Shown piece by piece: positions 53,549 to 63,073 of a stretch of DNA of 64,000 nucleotides (within the stretch, counting starts at the first letter, position 1; the number at the start of each line of letters is the position of its first letter). This DNA is from Candidatus Daviesbacteria bacterium (GTDB lineage Bacteria; Patescibacteriota; Microgenomatia; Daviesbacterales; UBA10151), in the NCBI GenBank assembly GCA_016184225.1, contig JACPDA010000004.1, positions 279,927 to 343,926 of the forward strand. Direction: 5' to 3'. Under the pieces are notes generated by a model that ran no database searches, was not told the origin of the DNA, and saw only the letters and a list, made by a program, of their open reading frames with translations. Both the position numbers and the translations under genes were made by a program.

Positions 53549-56161
53549 ATGAAAAAAAGAGCAGATATTACCCCACAAGTTGTTTCAATGCCGCGAACAC
53601 GCGGTCGCAGAAAGACCAACGGTGAACACAAACCTAACGGTTTAAACCAAATCGGTTACGGTTTTGAAAACAGGTTTGTGCCCCGTTACAAAAAAATGCC
53701 CGGGATGCCAGCGGACCTGACGGAACCCACATTCTCCGAGAGTTCTAATAAAATCTTGCATGAGCGATATCTTTTAAAAAGTGGGAATTTAGAAGTGGTA
53801 GAAACTGTAGCAGAGAGGTTTTGGCACATTGCCTATGATATTGCCTCAGGGGATTTTGACTTTGGTATAGACCCAAAAGAGGTTTCAGATTTAGCTAAGC
53901 AGTTTTATACCATGATGGTCCGTCAGGAATTCTTGCCTAATTCCCCTACCATTATGAATGCCGGTAAGCAAAACGGACTGCAATATTCCGCCTGTTTTGT
54001 TTTGCCTGTGGGAGACTCGCTCCCCGAGATTTTTGATTCCATAAAATATGCTGCTTTAATTCATCAAACAGGCGGGGGTACCGGGTTTGCCTTTTCCAGG
54101 CTTCGTCCGGCAGGGAGTATTGTCAACACCACCGGTGGTGTAGCATCCGGGCCTGTTTCGTTTTTGCGGGTATTTAATGCGGCCACAGAATCCATCAAAC
54201 AGGGCGGTACCAGGCGGGGAGCAAATATGGGAATTTTGCGGGTTGACCACCCGGATATTTTGGAATTCATCCGCTGCAAGGCAGAACTGGATGATTTAAA
54301 TAGGCCGATCTATGAAGGCATTGCTCCGCTTTTACCGGATGATTCTGCCAGGGAATACGTTAAGACTTTGCTTTTGGACAAACAAATTGCCAATTTTAAT
54401 GTTTCTGTAGCTGCTACTGATAGATTCATGCAAGCTGTGGGAAAAGGTGAAGATTATGAATTGATAACTCCGCACAGCGGAGAGGTGGTAGGTAAACTTA
54501 ATGCCGGGGAAGTGTTTGACGAAATAGTTGAAAGGGCCTGGAAAACCGGTGATCCGGGACTTATCTTTATTGACCGGGTTAATCACTCCCCTGCCAATCC
54601 AGTACCAAGCTTGGAAACGATTGAAGCTACAAATCCGTGCGGCGAGCAACCCCTGAGCGCATGGGATGCCTGTAATTTGGGTTCCATTAATTTGGGTAAA
54701 TTTGTTTTGCCTGACGGTTCAGATCTGGATTGGGAAAAGTTAAAAGAAGTCACCTGCCTGGCTGTCCACTTTTTAGATAACGTGGTGCAAACTAACCCTT
54801 ATACTTTAAAGCAGATTTATGACGAAGTTCACCAAAACCGCCGAATAGGACTTGGAGTGATGGGTTTTGCCGATATGCTGTTTAAATTAAAAATTCCGTA
54901 TAACAGCAATGAGGCAATAGAGCTGGCCGAGAGGATAATGAAGTTCATTAACGAAGAAGGTCACAAAAAGTCGCAGGAGCTGGTGGGTGATCGCAGCGCT
55001 TTCCCGAACTGGGCAAATTCAATCTATGCTGATCGAAACTCTCCCGCTTTTAAAAACAGGCCCGAGTCAGCGGCTTATGTCGGTGGAAAGAAAATCAGAA
55101 ATTCCACAATTACCACCATTGCTCCCACAGGTACTATTTCTATAATCGGCGATTGTTCATCCGGAATTGAGCCGGTGTTTGCCTTGGCTTATATCCACAA
55201 AGCCAAAGCCAAAGGAGATAATTATCGGATTTTAACTATTGCCAACCAAACATTTACGGAACTCTCTAGAAAAGAGGGCTTCTATAGCAGTGATTTGGCA
55301 GCTAAGGTTTTGGAGCATGGGTCTGTTAAAGGTTTGGCTGGAGTGCCGGAGGATTGGCAGAAAGTTTTTGTGACAGCCCAGGAGATTGATCCCATTTGGC
55401 ACGTTAAAATGCAGGCAGCCTTCCAAAAATATACAGATAATGGGGTGTCCAAAACAATCAACCTGCCAAATTCTGCCACCAGGGACGATGTTGCGCTGGC
55501 CTATAAAATGGCTTATGAAACAGGCTGTAATGGCATCACTATTTATCGGGACGGCTCCAAGAGTGTGCAGGTTTTAAATGTATCCTCATCTTTGGGTAAA
55601 ACTTTAGAAGATCCGGCTGCTCCGGTGGCTGAGCGACCGATGATTCTGCGGGGCAGGACTTATAAGGTTTCCACACCGGTTGGAGAGGCTTTTATTACTG
55701 TCAATAGGGATGAACAAGACCAACCTTTTGAGGTGTTTGTGACAGTTGGACGGGCTGGAATGCACACTATGGCAGATGCGGAGGCTATGGGAAGATTGGT
55801 GTCTTTGTCACTCCGGTTGGCCAGAGGGGCAAAAGAAACAGATCCCAAAGCAGTGGCCTTGAAAATCGTCGGGCAACTGAAAGGGATTGGAGGAGCGTCC
55901 TCGGTGGGCTTTGGGAAAAATAGGGTAATGAGTTTGGCCGATGCCATAGCCAAAGTTTTGGCAGAGGATTTGGCTTTGGCTCCACAGACTGAAAATATTG
56001 AAACAATACCACTGAATTTGACAATTAATGGAAATAATGGCGATATCTACCAACTACCAACTACTACGAATGCAGACCTGTGTCCGGAATGCGGTTCAGC
56101 ATCATTTGTAATGGAAGAAGGCTGTAAGAAATGTCATAGTTGTGGATACTCCATATGTTAA
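53549..56161 (+). CDS. nrdJ: class II (adenosylcobalamin-dependent) ribonucleoside-diphosphate/triphosphate reductase
   Basis: RNR active-site NPCGEQPL, 10-stranded barrel motifs, C-terminal Zn-ribbon CPECG…CKKCHSCG. 870 aa. Confidence 0.85.
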   Translation: MKKRADITPQVVSMPRTRGRRKTNGEHKPNGLNQIGYGFENRFVPRYKKMPGMPADLTEPTFSESSNKILHERYLLKSGNLEVVETVAERFWHIAYDIASGDFDFGIDPKEVSDLAKQFYTMMVRQEFLPNSPTIMNAGKQNGLQYSACFVLPVGDSLPEIFDSIKYAALIHQTGGGTGFAFSRLRPAGSIVNTTGGVASGPVSFLRVFNAATESIKQGGTRRGANMGILRVDHPDILEFIRCKAELDDLNRPIYEGIAPLLPDDSAREYVKTLLLDKQIANFNVSVAATDRFMQAVGKGEDYELITPHSGEVVGKLNAGEVFDEIVERAWKTGDPGLIFIDRVNHSPANPVPSLETIEATNPCGEQPLSAWDACNLGSINLGKFVLPDGSDLDWEKLKEVTCLAVHFLDNVVQTNPYTLKQIYDEVHQNRRIGLGVMGFADMLFKLKIPYNSNEAIELAERIMKFINEEGHKKSQELVGDRSAFPNWANSIYADRNSPAFKNRPESAAYVGGKKIRNSTITTIAPTGTISIIGDCSSGIEPVFALAYIHKAKAKGDNYRILTIANQTFTELSRKEGFYSSDLAAKVLEHGSVKGLAGVPEDWQKVFVTAQEIDPIWHVKMQAAFQKYTDNGVSKTINLPNSATRDDVALAYKMAYETGCNGITIYRDGSKSVQVLNVSSSLGKTLEDPAAPVAERPMILRGRTYKVSTPVGEAFITVNRDEQDQPFEVFVTVGRAGMHTMADAEAMGRLVSLSLRLARGAKETDPKAVALKIVGQLKGIGGASSVGFGKNRVMSLADAIAKVLAEDLALAPQTENIETIPLNLTINGNNGDIYQLPTTTNADLCPECGSASFVMEEGCKKCHSCGYSIC

Positions 56162-56187
56162 TTTTGTTATGATCAATCTCTAAGAAA

Positions 56188-56221
56188 GATTGCTACGCTC
56201 ACTTCGTTCGCTCGCAATGAC
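56188..56221 (-). repeat. hairpin repeat family copy 4 (minus strand: GTCATTGCGAGCGAACGAAGTGAGCGTAGCAATC)
   Basis: Stem ATTGC/GCAAT. Between the nrdJ stop and the adenosyltransferase start. Confidence 0.7.
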
Positions 56222-56246
56222 AGGTGGGGGGTGTTAGAATGAGCCC

Positions 56247-56780
56247 ATGAGTGATGAAAAAGGTTTAGTTATTATTTACACAGGTGAAGGTAAGGGGAAA
56301 ACTACAGCTGCGTTGGGGTTGGTACTGCGGGCTGTGGGATATAAGAAAAAATGTCTGATAGTCCAATTTGGTAAAGTATGGTTTACAGGGGAGCTGGAAG
56401 GAGTTAAGAAACTTTCTCCCTTTGTGAAACTGATCCAGGGTGGCAAGGGGTTTGTAAAGATTTTAGGGGATAAACTACCTCTCTCAGAACACAAAAAAGC
56501 AGCTTTAGATACATTTAATCTATTAAAAAAGGAAGTAAAATCAGGCAAATGGGATGTAGTGGTGGCTGATGAGATAGTAGGCGCAGTTTCCTCAAAATTA
56601 TTGCCACTTAAAGCAGTTGTAATGTTAATTACAGATAAACCTAAGGGTTTAGATTTAGTATTAACCGGCCATCATGCCCCGAAAAAATTAATTGAAATGG
56701 CTGGTTTAGTGACTGAGATGCAGGAGGTCAAGCACCCTTTCCAAAAAGGCATTTTGGCAAAAAAGGGTATTGACTTTTAG
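56247..56780 (+). CDS. cob(I)yrinic acid a,c-diamide / cob(I)alamin adenosyltransferase (CobA/CobO/BtuR type)
   Basis: P-loop-like GEGKGKTTAALGLVLRAVGYKKKCLIVQF typical of the CobA family. 177 aa. Confidence 0.75.
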   Translation: MSDEKGLVIIYTGEGKGKTTAALGLVLRAVGYKKKCLIVQFGKVWFTGELEGVKKLSPFVKLIQGGKGFVKILGDKLPLSEHKKAALDTFNLLKKEVKSGKWDVVVADEIVGAVSSKLLPLKAVVMLITDKPKGLDLVLTGHHAPKKLIEMAGLVTEMQEVKHPFQKGILAKKGIDF

Positions 56781-56812
56781 CACTCAAAGTAGTATTCTGC
56801 TAATGTTAACTT

Positions 56813-59236
56813 ATGGCTGATTTTGCGAAACCTACTATTAATGAACCTTTGAAACTTAAGCCAACTATTCCTGTAGGACCACTGCGTGATACTGTTATCT
56901 TTCCCGGCAATTCGGTTCCTATTATCTCCGGCAGGCCAAAATCCAAGGCTGCACTTGATGTATCCTGGAATTCCGATAAATTAATCGTTTTTGTTACCCA
57001 GAAAAACTCACGGATAGAAGACCCCAGCGAAAAAGATCTTTATAAAGTAGGGACTGTTTGTTTGATACGGAGGGTGGTCAAAAACCCGGAAGGTGAGTAT
57101 ACTTTGCAAGCCGAAGGATTAAGCAGGGTTTATCTTAAAAGCTTTACTAAAATAGACCCTTACATTGAGGCGGAGATAGAAGAGATTCCGGATCTTTATG
57201 AAAAAAGCGAGCAGACAGAAGCACTAGTCCGAACTGTCCGGGAACAAGTCAAGCGTTACTTGGAACTTGGCGGCAACCCCTTTTTTGACCAGAGCACTTT
57301 TGCCAACTGGTCCTTATTTACCTACAGTGATGACCCAAACCAACTGGTTAATTCCATCACCCAAGCAATTGATTTTAAAACTATAGACAAACAACAAATT
57401 TTAGAGATGGTTTCTGCTGCCGAGCGGTTGCAGCGGCTGTCCGAGCTTTTGGCAAAAGAGATCAGGATTTTGGAAATATCCCAGAAAATTTCATCCCAAA
57501 CTCAGGAGCGGGTTTCCAAGATGACCAAAGAAGCAATTTTGCGGGAGCAGATGAAAAGTATAGAGGAAGAATTAGGAGGCGCAGATACCGAACACCAAGA
57601 AATTAAGGAATTTGAGCTAAAAATTAAAAAAGCAGGCATGCCCAAAGAGGTTTTGGAGCGGGCCAGAAAAGAGTTGGGGAGGCTTGCCAAAATGTCCTCT
57701 TACAACCCGGAAGCAGGCTATATCAGGAATTACTTGGAATGGTTAACAGATCTGCCTTGGAAATTGGCAAAAAGGGGCAAAGTTGATTTGAAAAAAGCAG
57801 AAGGAATTTTAGAAGAGGACCACTACGGGCTCAAAAAGGTTAAAGAAAGAGTTATAGAATACCTGGCTGTTTATAAGCTGGCCGGCAAGATGAGAGGGCC
57901 TATCCTTTGTTTTGTAGGGCCACCGGGTACGGGAAAAACTTCAATAGGGAAATCTATTGCCAGGGCCCTAAACCGCAAATTTGTCAAAGTGTCGTTAGGC
58001 GGTATCCGTGATGAGGCAGAAATCAGAGGCCACAGGCGGACTTATGTCGGATCCATGCCCGGCAGAATAATTCAGGGAATAAAGCAGGCAGGCGCCACTA
58101 ATCCAGTTTTTATGCTGGATGAGATTGATAAAATTGGAGCCGATTATCGAGGTGATCCTTCGGCAGCGCTTCTGGAAGCACTAGATCCTGAACAAAACGA
58201 AGGGTTTTCCGACCATTATTTGGAGGTCTCCTACGATCTTTCCAATGTCATGTTTATTACCACTGCCAATATTTTGGATACCATTCCTTCGGCTCTGCGG
58301 GACAGACTTGAGGTGATCAGGTATCCGGGTTATACAGAAGATGAGAAATTCCATATTGCCAAGCAGTTTCTTATCCCTAAGCAGGTTGAAAACCACGGTC
58401 TGACTAAAAATCAAATTGAGTTTGAGGATCAGGCGGTCTACTCGATTATCAGGGAGTATACCAGGGAAGCCGGAGTCAGGAGTTTGGAAAGGGAGGTTTC
58501 AGCAGTGCTTAGAAAAGTAGCCCGCAAGATTGCTGAGGGTAATGGAGAAGTGAAGAAATTTGTAATTACCCCGGCAGATGTCCACAAATTCCTGGGTCCT
58601 ATTAAGTTTTTGCCAATCTTGGCTGAAAAACAGGACGAAATTGGCATGGTGACCGGCCTGTCCGTGACTGAGGCAGGCGGGGAAGTTTTGTTTATCGAGG
58701 TAACTTTAATGCCCGGAAAAGGCAATTTACTTTTGACAGGACAACTGGGAGATGTGATGAAAGAATCAGGACAGGCTGCCATGTCTTATGTCCGGTCCCA
58801 TTGGGCAGATTTAGGATTACCAGAGCACTTTTTCCAAAAAGTTGATGTCCATGTCCATGTGCCGGAAGGGGCTATTCCGAAAGATGGTCCATCAGCCGGC
58901 ATTTCCTTGACCACTGCCATAGTTTCGGCCTTCACTAAGATTCCGGTACATAAAGAGATAGCCATGACAGGTGAGGTAACTCTTCGGGGCAGGGTTTTGG
59001 AAATCGGCGGGTTTAAGGAAAAGATTTTGGCTGCTCACCGGGCCGGTGTAAAAATGGTGATTGCGCCCTCGGATAATGAAAAAGATCTGGAGGATATCCC
59101 TGACTTTGTGCAAAAAGACTTAAAGTTTGTCTTTGCCAAACATATGGATGATGTTTTAAAAGTAGCCCTAGTCAGGCCTCCCCAGCCGGCTGCTCGTAAA
59201 AGAATCCCAACTTCTCCTCCGGTTTATATAGCTTAA
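56813..59236 (+). CDS. lon: ATP-dependent Lon protease
   Basis: LON N-domain, AAA+ (GPPGTGKTS), proteolytic Ser-Lys dyad region (…PKDGPSAGI…). Confidence 0.9.
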   Translation: MADFAKPTINEPLKLKPTIPVGPLRDTVIFPGNSVPIISGRPKSKAALDVSWNSDKLIVFVTQKNSRIEDPSEKDLYKVGTVCLIRRVVKNPEGEYTLQAEGLSRVYLKSFTKIDPYIEAEIEEIPDLYEKSEQTEALVRTVREQVKRYLELGGNPFFDQSTFANWSLFTYSDDPNQLVNSITQAIDFKTIDKQQILEMVSAAERLQRLSELLAKEIRILEISQKISSQTQERVSKMTKEAILREQMKSIEEELGGADTEHQEIKEFELKIKKAGMPKEVLERARKELGRLAKMSSYNPEAGYIRNYLEWLTDLPWKLAKRGKVDLKKAEGILEEDHYGLKKVKERVIEYLAVYKLAGKMRGPILCFVGPPGTGKTSIGKSIARALNRKFVKVSLGGIRDEAEIRGHRRTYVGSMPGRIIQGIKQAGATNPVFMLDEIDKIGADYRGDPSAALLEALDPEQNEGFSDHYLEVSYDLSNVMFITTANILDTIPSALRDRLEVIRYPGYTEDEKFHIAKQFLIPKQVENHGLTKNQIEFEDQAVYSIIREYTREAGVRSLEREVSAVLRKVARKIAEGNGEVKKFVITPADVHKFLGPIKFLPILAEKQDEIGMVTGLSVTEAGGEVLFIEVTLMPGKGNLLLTGQLGDVMKESGQAAMSYVRSHWADLGLPEHFFQKVDVHVHVPEGAIPKDGPSAGISLTTAIVSAFTKIPVHKEIAMTGEVTLRGRVLEIGGFKEKILAAHRAGVKMVIAPSDNEKDLEDIPDFVQKDLKFVFAKHMDDVLKVALVRPPQPAARKRIPTSPPVYIA

Positions 59237-59306
59237 AAACGAGCTTACCTCTTGACTTATCTCATGAGCCTGTTGTAAATTCTTAAATACTGCTTCAATA
59301 TTTTCC

Positions 59307-61313
59307 ATGGATTTAATTGTAAATAATATAAATTTAATTATCTGGGCCAGCGTGGCGGCTGCGCTTTTCTATGGCGGCTGGTTAATTGTTGAAATCCTCA
59401 GGAAAGATTCCGGCGACGAGAAAATGCAAGAGATTGCGGGAGCTATACAAGTCGGAGCCGGCGCATATCTGCAAAGACAATATAAAGTAGTGGCCCTGGT
59501 TGCTGTTGGTCTGGCTATCCTAATCTACTTCGCCTTAGGTCAAAATACTGCTGTCGGGTTTTTGATCGGGGCAACACTTTCCGCCTTGGCCGGATTTATT
59601 GGTATGAGTGTGGCAGTAAGAGCTAATGTCCGGGTGGCCCAGGTTGCTAAAAATGGTTTATCAGAGGCTTTTATCCTGGCCTACAAAGGCGGGGCAGTGA
59701 CCGGATTTTTAGTGGTAGGCCTAGCTTTGGCAGCAGTTTATGGCTTTTACCAATATACAGGAGGTGACTTAAAATCTTTAATCGGCCTTGGGTTTGGCGG
59801 TTCGCTAATTTCCGTATTTGCCAGGTTGGGCGGGGGAATTTTCACCAAAGGGGCAGATGTGGGGGCAGATTTGGTAGGTAAGATTGAAGCCGGTATTCCG
59901 GAAGATGATCCCAGGAACCCGGCAGTGATCGCTGATAATGTAGGGGATAACGTAGGTGATGATGCCGGAATGGCAGCAGATATTTTTGAAACATATATTG
60001 TGACTGCCATTGCCGCCATGATTTTAGGCCAACTACTTTTCCCCGGATACGGTGCCGCCGTAATCTTTCCTGTCTTAATTTTATCCATGGGAGTTTTTGC
60101 TTCTGTAATAGGATCTTTGTTTGTCAGGTTAAAGGGTAAAAATATTATGGGTGCCCTTTATAAAGGTATGGTTGCTACTGCCATACTTTGTGCGGTGTTG
60201 TTTTACCCGGTAACAGTCGCTTTGATGGGTGATAACGGTGCCTTTTCGGTTTTGAACCTATACCTGGCAGCGTTGATCGGAGTGTTAGTTACAGCCGGAA
60301 TGGTAATTATTACAGAATACTACACCGGTACCCAGTATCCTCCGGTTCAAAACTTAAGCCTGGCTTCAAAAACCGGCCATGCCACTAATATTATTTCCGG
60401 TTTAGCATTGTCCATGCGTTCAACTTTTTGGCCAATAATCCTAATCTCCGCTGCAGTTATGGTCAGTTTTATCTTGGCTGGGCTTTATGGAATAGCTCTG
60501 GCAGGTGTGACTATGCTTTCTTTGGCAGGGATTGTGGTGGCCATAGATGCCTTTGGTCCCATCACTGATAATGCCGGCGGGATAGCTGAAATGGCAAACT
60601 TACCTGCAAAAGTGCGCGACGTAACAGACCCACTGGATGCGGTTGGCAATACCACCAAAGCTGTAACCAAAGGTTATGCAATCGGTTCCGCAGCTTTGGC
60701 AGCCATGGTTTTATTTACGGCTTTTGCCCAGGAATTTTCTGCCCAAGGCTCCCAGTTGCAGTTTTCTTTGTCCGATCCGAAAGTCTTGGTTGGCCTTTTT
60801 ATAGGCGGTTCCCTTCCTTATCTTTTTGCTTCATTTGCTATGGAGGCAGTAGGTAAGGCAGGCGGAGCAGTGGTGGAGGAGGTCAGAAGGCAATTTAGGA
60901 CTATCAAAGGGATTATGGAGGGTACAGCCAAGCCTGATTATGCCAAGTGTGTTGATATTGTGACTGCTTCGGCACAAAAGCAAATGTTAGTTCCTGCTTT
61001 AATTCCGGTGCTGTCACCGGTAATTGTGGGATTTACCTTGGGTCCGGTTGCCCTCGGTGGAATGTTGGTGGGGTCAATAGTGACCGGAATTTTTGTGGCA
61101 GTTTCCATGACCACGGGGGGAGCTGCCTGGGATAATGCTAAAAAGTATATAGAATCAGGCAAATTCGGCGGTAAAGGCTCTGAAGCCCACAAAGCAGCAG
61201 TGACAGGGGATACGGTAGGAGACCCGTATAAGGATACCGCCGGCCCAGCCATAAACCCTATGATTAAAGTTGTCAATATTGTTGCTTTACTTCTAGTTCC
61301 ATTCCTCAAATAA
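59307..61313 (+). CDS. hppA: membrane-bound proton-translocating pyrophosphatase
   Basis: H+-PPase motifs GGG(I)[14 protein letters not shown] and [16 protein letters not shown]; 15-16 TM. Confidence 0.9.
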   Translation: MDLIVNNINLIIWASVAAALFYGGWLIVEILRKDSGDEKMQEIAGAIQVGAGAYLQRQYKVVALVAVGLAILIYFALGQNTAVGFLIGATLSALAGFIGMSVAVRANVRVAQVAKNGLSEAFILAYKGGAVTGFLVVGLALAAVYGFYQYTGGDLKSLIGLGFGGSLISVFARLGGGIFTKGADVGADLVGKIEAGIPEDDPRNPAVIADNVGDNVGDDAGMAADIFETYIVTAIAAMILGQLLFPGYGAAVIFPVLILSMGVFASVIGSLFVRLKGKNIMGALYKGMVATAILCAVLFYPVTVALMGDNGAFSVLNLYLAALIGVLVTAGMVIITEYYTGTQYPPVQNLSLASKTGHATNIISGLALSMRSTFWPIILISAAVMVSFILAGLYGIALAGVTMLSLAGIVVAIDAFGPITDNAGGIAEMANLPAKVRDVTDPLDAVGNTTKAVTKGYAIGSAALAAMVLFTAFAQEFSAQGSQLQFSLSDPKVLVGLFIGGSLPYLFASFAMEAVGKAGGAVVEEVRRQFRTIKGIMEGTAKPDYAKCVDIVTASAQKQMLVPALIPVLSPVIVGFTLGPVALGGMLVGSIVTGIFVAVSMTTGGAAWDNAKKYIESGKFGGKGSEAHKAAVTGDTVGDPYKDTAGPAINPMIKVVNIVALLLVPFLK

Positions 61314-61377
61314 CGTGTTTCTAAAACCGCATCACCGAAAATTTGCATCTATCCTATAAAAGTGATAAACTTCATAT

Positions 61378-62547
61378 ATGAGTTCAGAAATGCAGCCTAT
61401 TCCATATGAAAAGAGAGTCGCTACTGTTGTCGGAGGGCGCGGACAGCTAGGGAGTAGAGTAGTTAAAGGTCTTCAGGGTTTGGGAATTCCAGATGTAAGA
61501 ATTTGCGAGAAAGGTGATCCGTTTAGAGGTTTTGTCGGCGTTTCAACCGATGTATTTTTAGCCACCGATGCCAAAACAACAAAAGACATGCTTGCCGCTG
61601 CCCGTGATTTATTAGATAAACAAACTGTTCTTGATGGCGCAAGCGTGAAAGCGCCTTTAATTCCTTTTTATAGGAGCTTAGATAAATGCGGAATTAGCGT
61701 TTGTTCTACGCACTTGGGAGCTGTCCCAGCTCATCCTTGGGGTGGAGTGAAGGTTTGGGTCTGTGAAGTTGGACCAAACTCAGAAAGAGCGAAACAATTA
61801 GCCGTAGATCTTTTTTTATCCAAAAATACTTCAATCCAACTAATTAATATAAAAGATCATTGGCAAGTAGAACAGGATCAATGGTTTACTTTCGCTGTAA
61901 TGCATATTTTTGCCGCGGCTTTGCGAGAATCCGGTCTTTCTCTGGGAAGGTTTAACGCTTTTGCAACTCTTAATGCAGAACTGGCAGCACTGCCTTTAGG
62001 CAGAACGCTTGGGCAGGGTACAATCGTTCCATCTGAAGTTTTATTTACCCAACCAAGAAAAAGAAAATTTTTTGGTGGAATAACTAAAGCGTTCCAAGAA
62101 TTAAAAGAGAGCCTAAAAGATCGGAAGAGCTTACAGGAATTTATGCAAAGAAATATAAGCTTTCACGATTCCCCGCCAGAGGACCCGCCTGGAAGCGTAA
62201 ATACAATATTTACGAAAGCCGGTATTGTTGGAGCCAGGAATGCAAATCTTCGGATGTTTTCAATACGCCTTCGGATTACCGACAATAAACCGGGAAATTT
62301 AATTAAAATACTTGAACCTTTCCGTGATGCAGGTGCTAATATTACCGCAATTGATTCTATGCCAGGAGTCATTACTCCAGAAGAAGAACAACATGGCATA
62401 GACCCTGACAGCATTGTAAATTTTGATATAGGAATTGACCCAAGATCGCTAGAAGGGATAGATAATAAGACGTGGCTAAGAGTAAACGAGCGATTGTATA
62501 CAATGGGGTGTCGGATTGACTATGACGGATATTTCTTAAATCGATAA
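61378..62547 (+). CDS. prephenate/arogenate dehydrogenase-like protein with C-terminal ACT domain
   Basis: N-terminal Rossmann VATVVGGRGQLGSRV, HPWGG (TyrA HPMxG-like), C-terminal ACT-like MFSIRLRITDNKPGNLIKILEPF. Composition differs from its neighbours. Confidence 0.5.
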   Translation: MSSEMQPIPYEKRVATVVGGRGQLGSRVVKGLQGLGIPDVRICEKGDPFRGFVGVSTDVFLATDAKTTKDMLAAARDLLDKQTVLDGASVKAPLIPFYRSLDKCGISVCSTHLGAVPAHPWGGVKVWVCEVGPNSERAKQLAVDLFLSKNTSIQLINIKDHWQVEQDQWFTFAVMHIFAAALRESGLSLGRFNAFATLNAELAALPLGRTLGQGTIVPSEVLFTQPRKRKFFGGITKAFQELKESLKDRKSLQEFMQRNISFHDSPPEDPPGSVNTIFTKAGIVGARNANLRMFSIRLRITDNKPGNLIKILEPFRDAGANITAIDSMPGVITPEEEQHGIDPDSIVNFDIGIDPRSLEGIDNKTWLRVNERLYTMGCRIDYDGYFLNR

Positions 62548-62635
62548 TATTATAACCCCAGAAACTTTTGAACTTCCACTCCTGGAGTGTAGGTTTGAAA
62601 CAATTCAAGTTTTTGTTGTGCTATGTGCTGGATGA

Positions 62636-63049
62636 TTATTGTACAGGGGTTGGGGGAGGGGTGGGTTGGCCGCCGGATAGGGCATTTTTAACTTCATTAA
62701 CCACCTGGTCCGGGGTATAGGAAGCTTTTATTAAATAAGCTTGTGCCCCCAGTTCAAACCCTTCCTTGATAACTGCCTCTTGGCCTAAGTTAGTTAAAAG
62801 AATAGTAATCATGGGGGAACTGGGATAATGTGTCTTAAATTCCCGAAGAAGTTGTAAGCCGTTAATTCCCGGAAGCATGATATCCAAAAGAAGCAGATCA
62901 AAGGTTTCTGTCTTTAATGTATCCAGACCAGTCTGTCCGTCAGGAGCACTTTTAACAAAAAACCCGGCTTTGGTGAGCTGCCTGGTATATAGTTCTCTGA
63001 TAAAATCTTCATCCTCAACAAGCAAGATTCTTTTAGCTGCCGGATTCAT
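62636..63049 (-). CDS. response regulator receiver protein (CheY-like, stand-alone) with Pro-rich tail
   Basis: DD…D…T…K receiver pattern (ILLVEDEDFIRELY…LLLLDIMLPGINGL…). Confidence 0.8.
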   Translation of the reverse strand: MNPAAKRILLVEDEDFIRELYTRQLTKAGFFVKSAPDGQTGLDTLKTETFDLLLLDIMLPGINGLQLLREFKTHYPSSPMITILLTNLGQEAVIKEGFELGAQAYLIKASYTPDQVVNEVKNALSGGQPTPPPTPVQ

Positions 63050-63073
63050 ATTTAACCATTGTATATTATTGGC

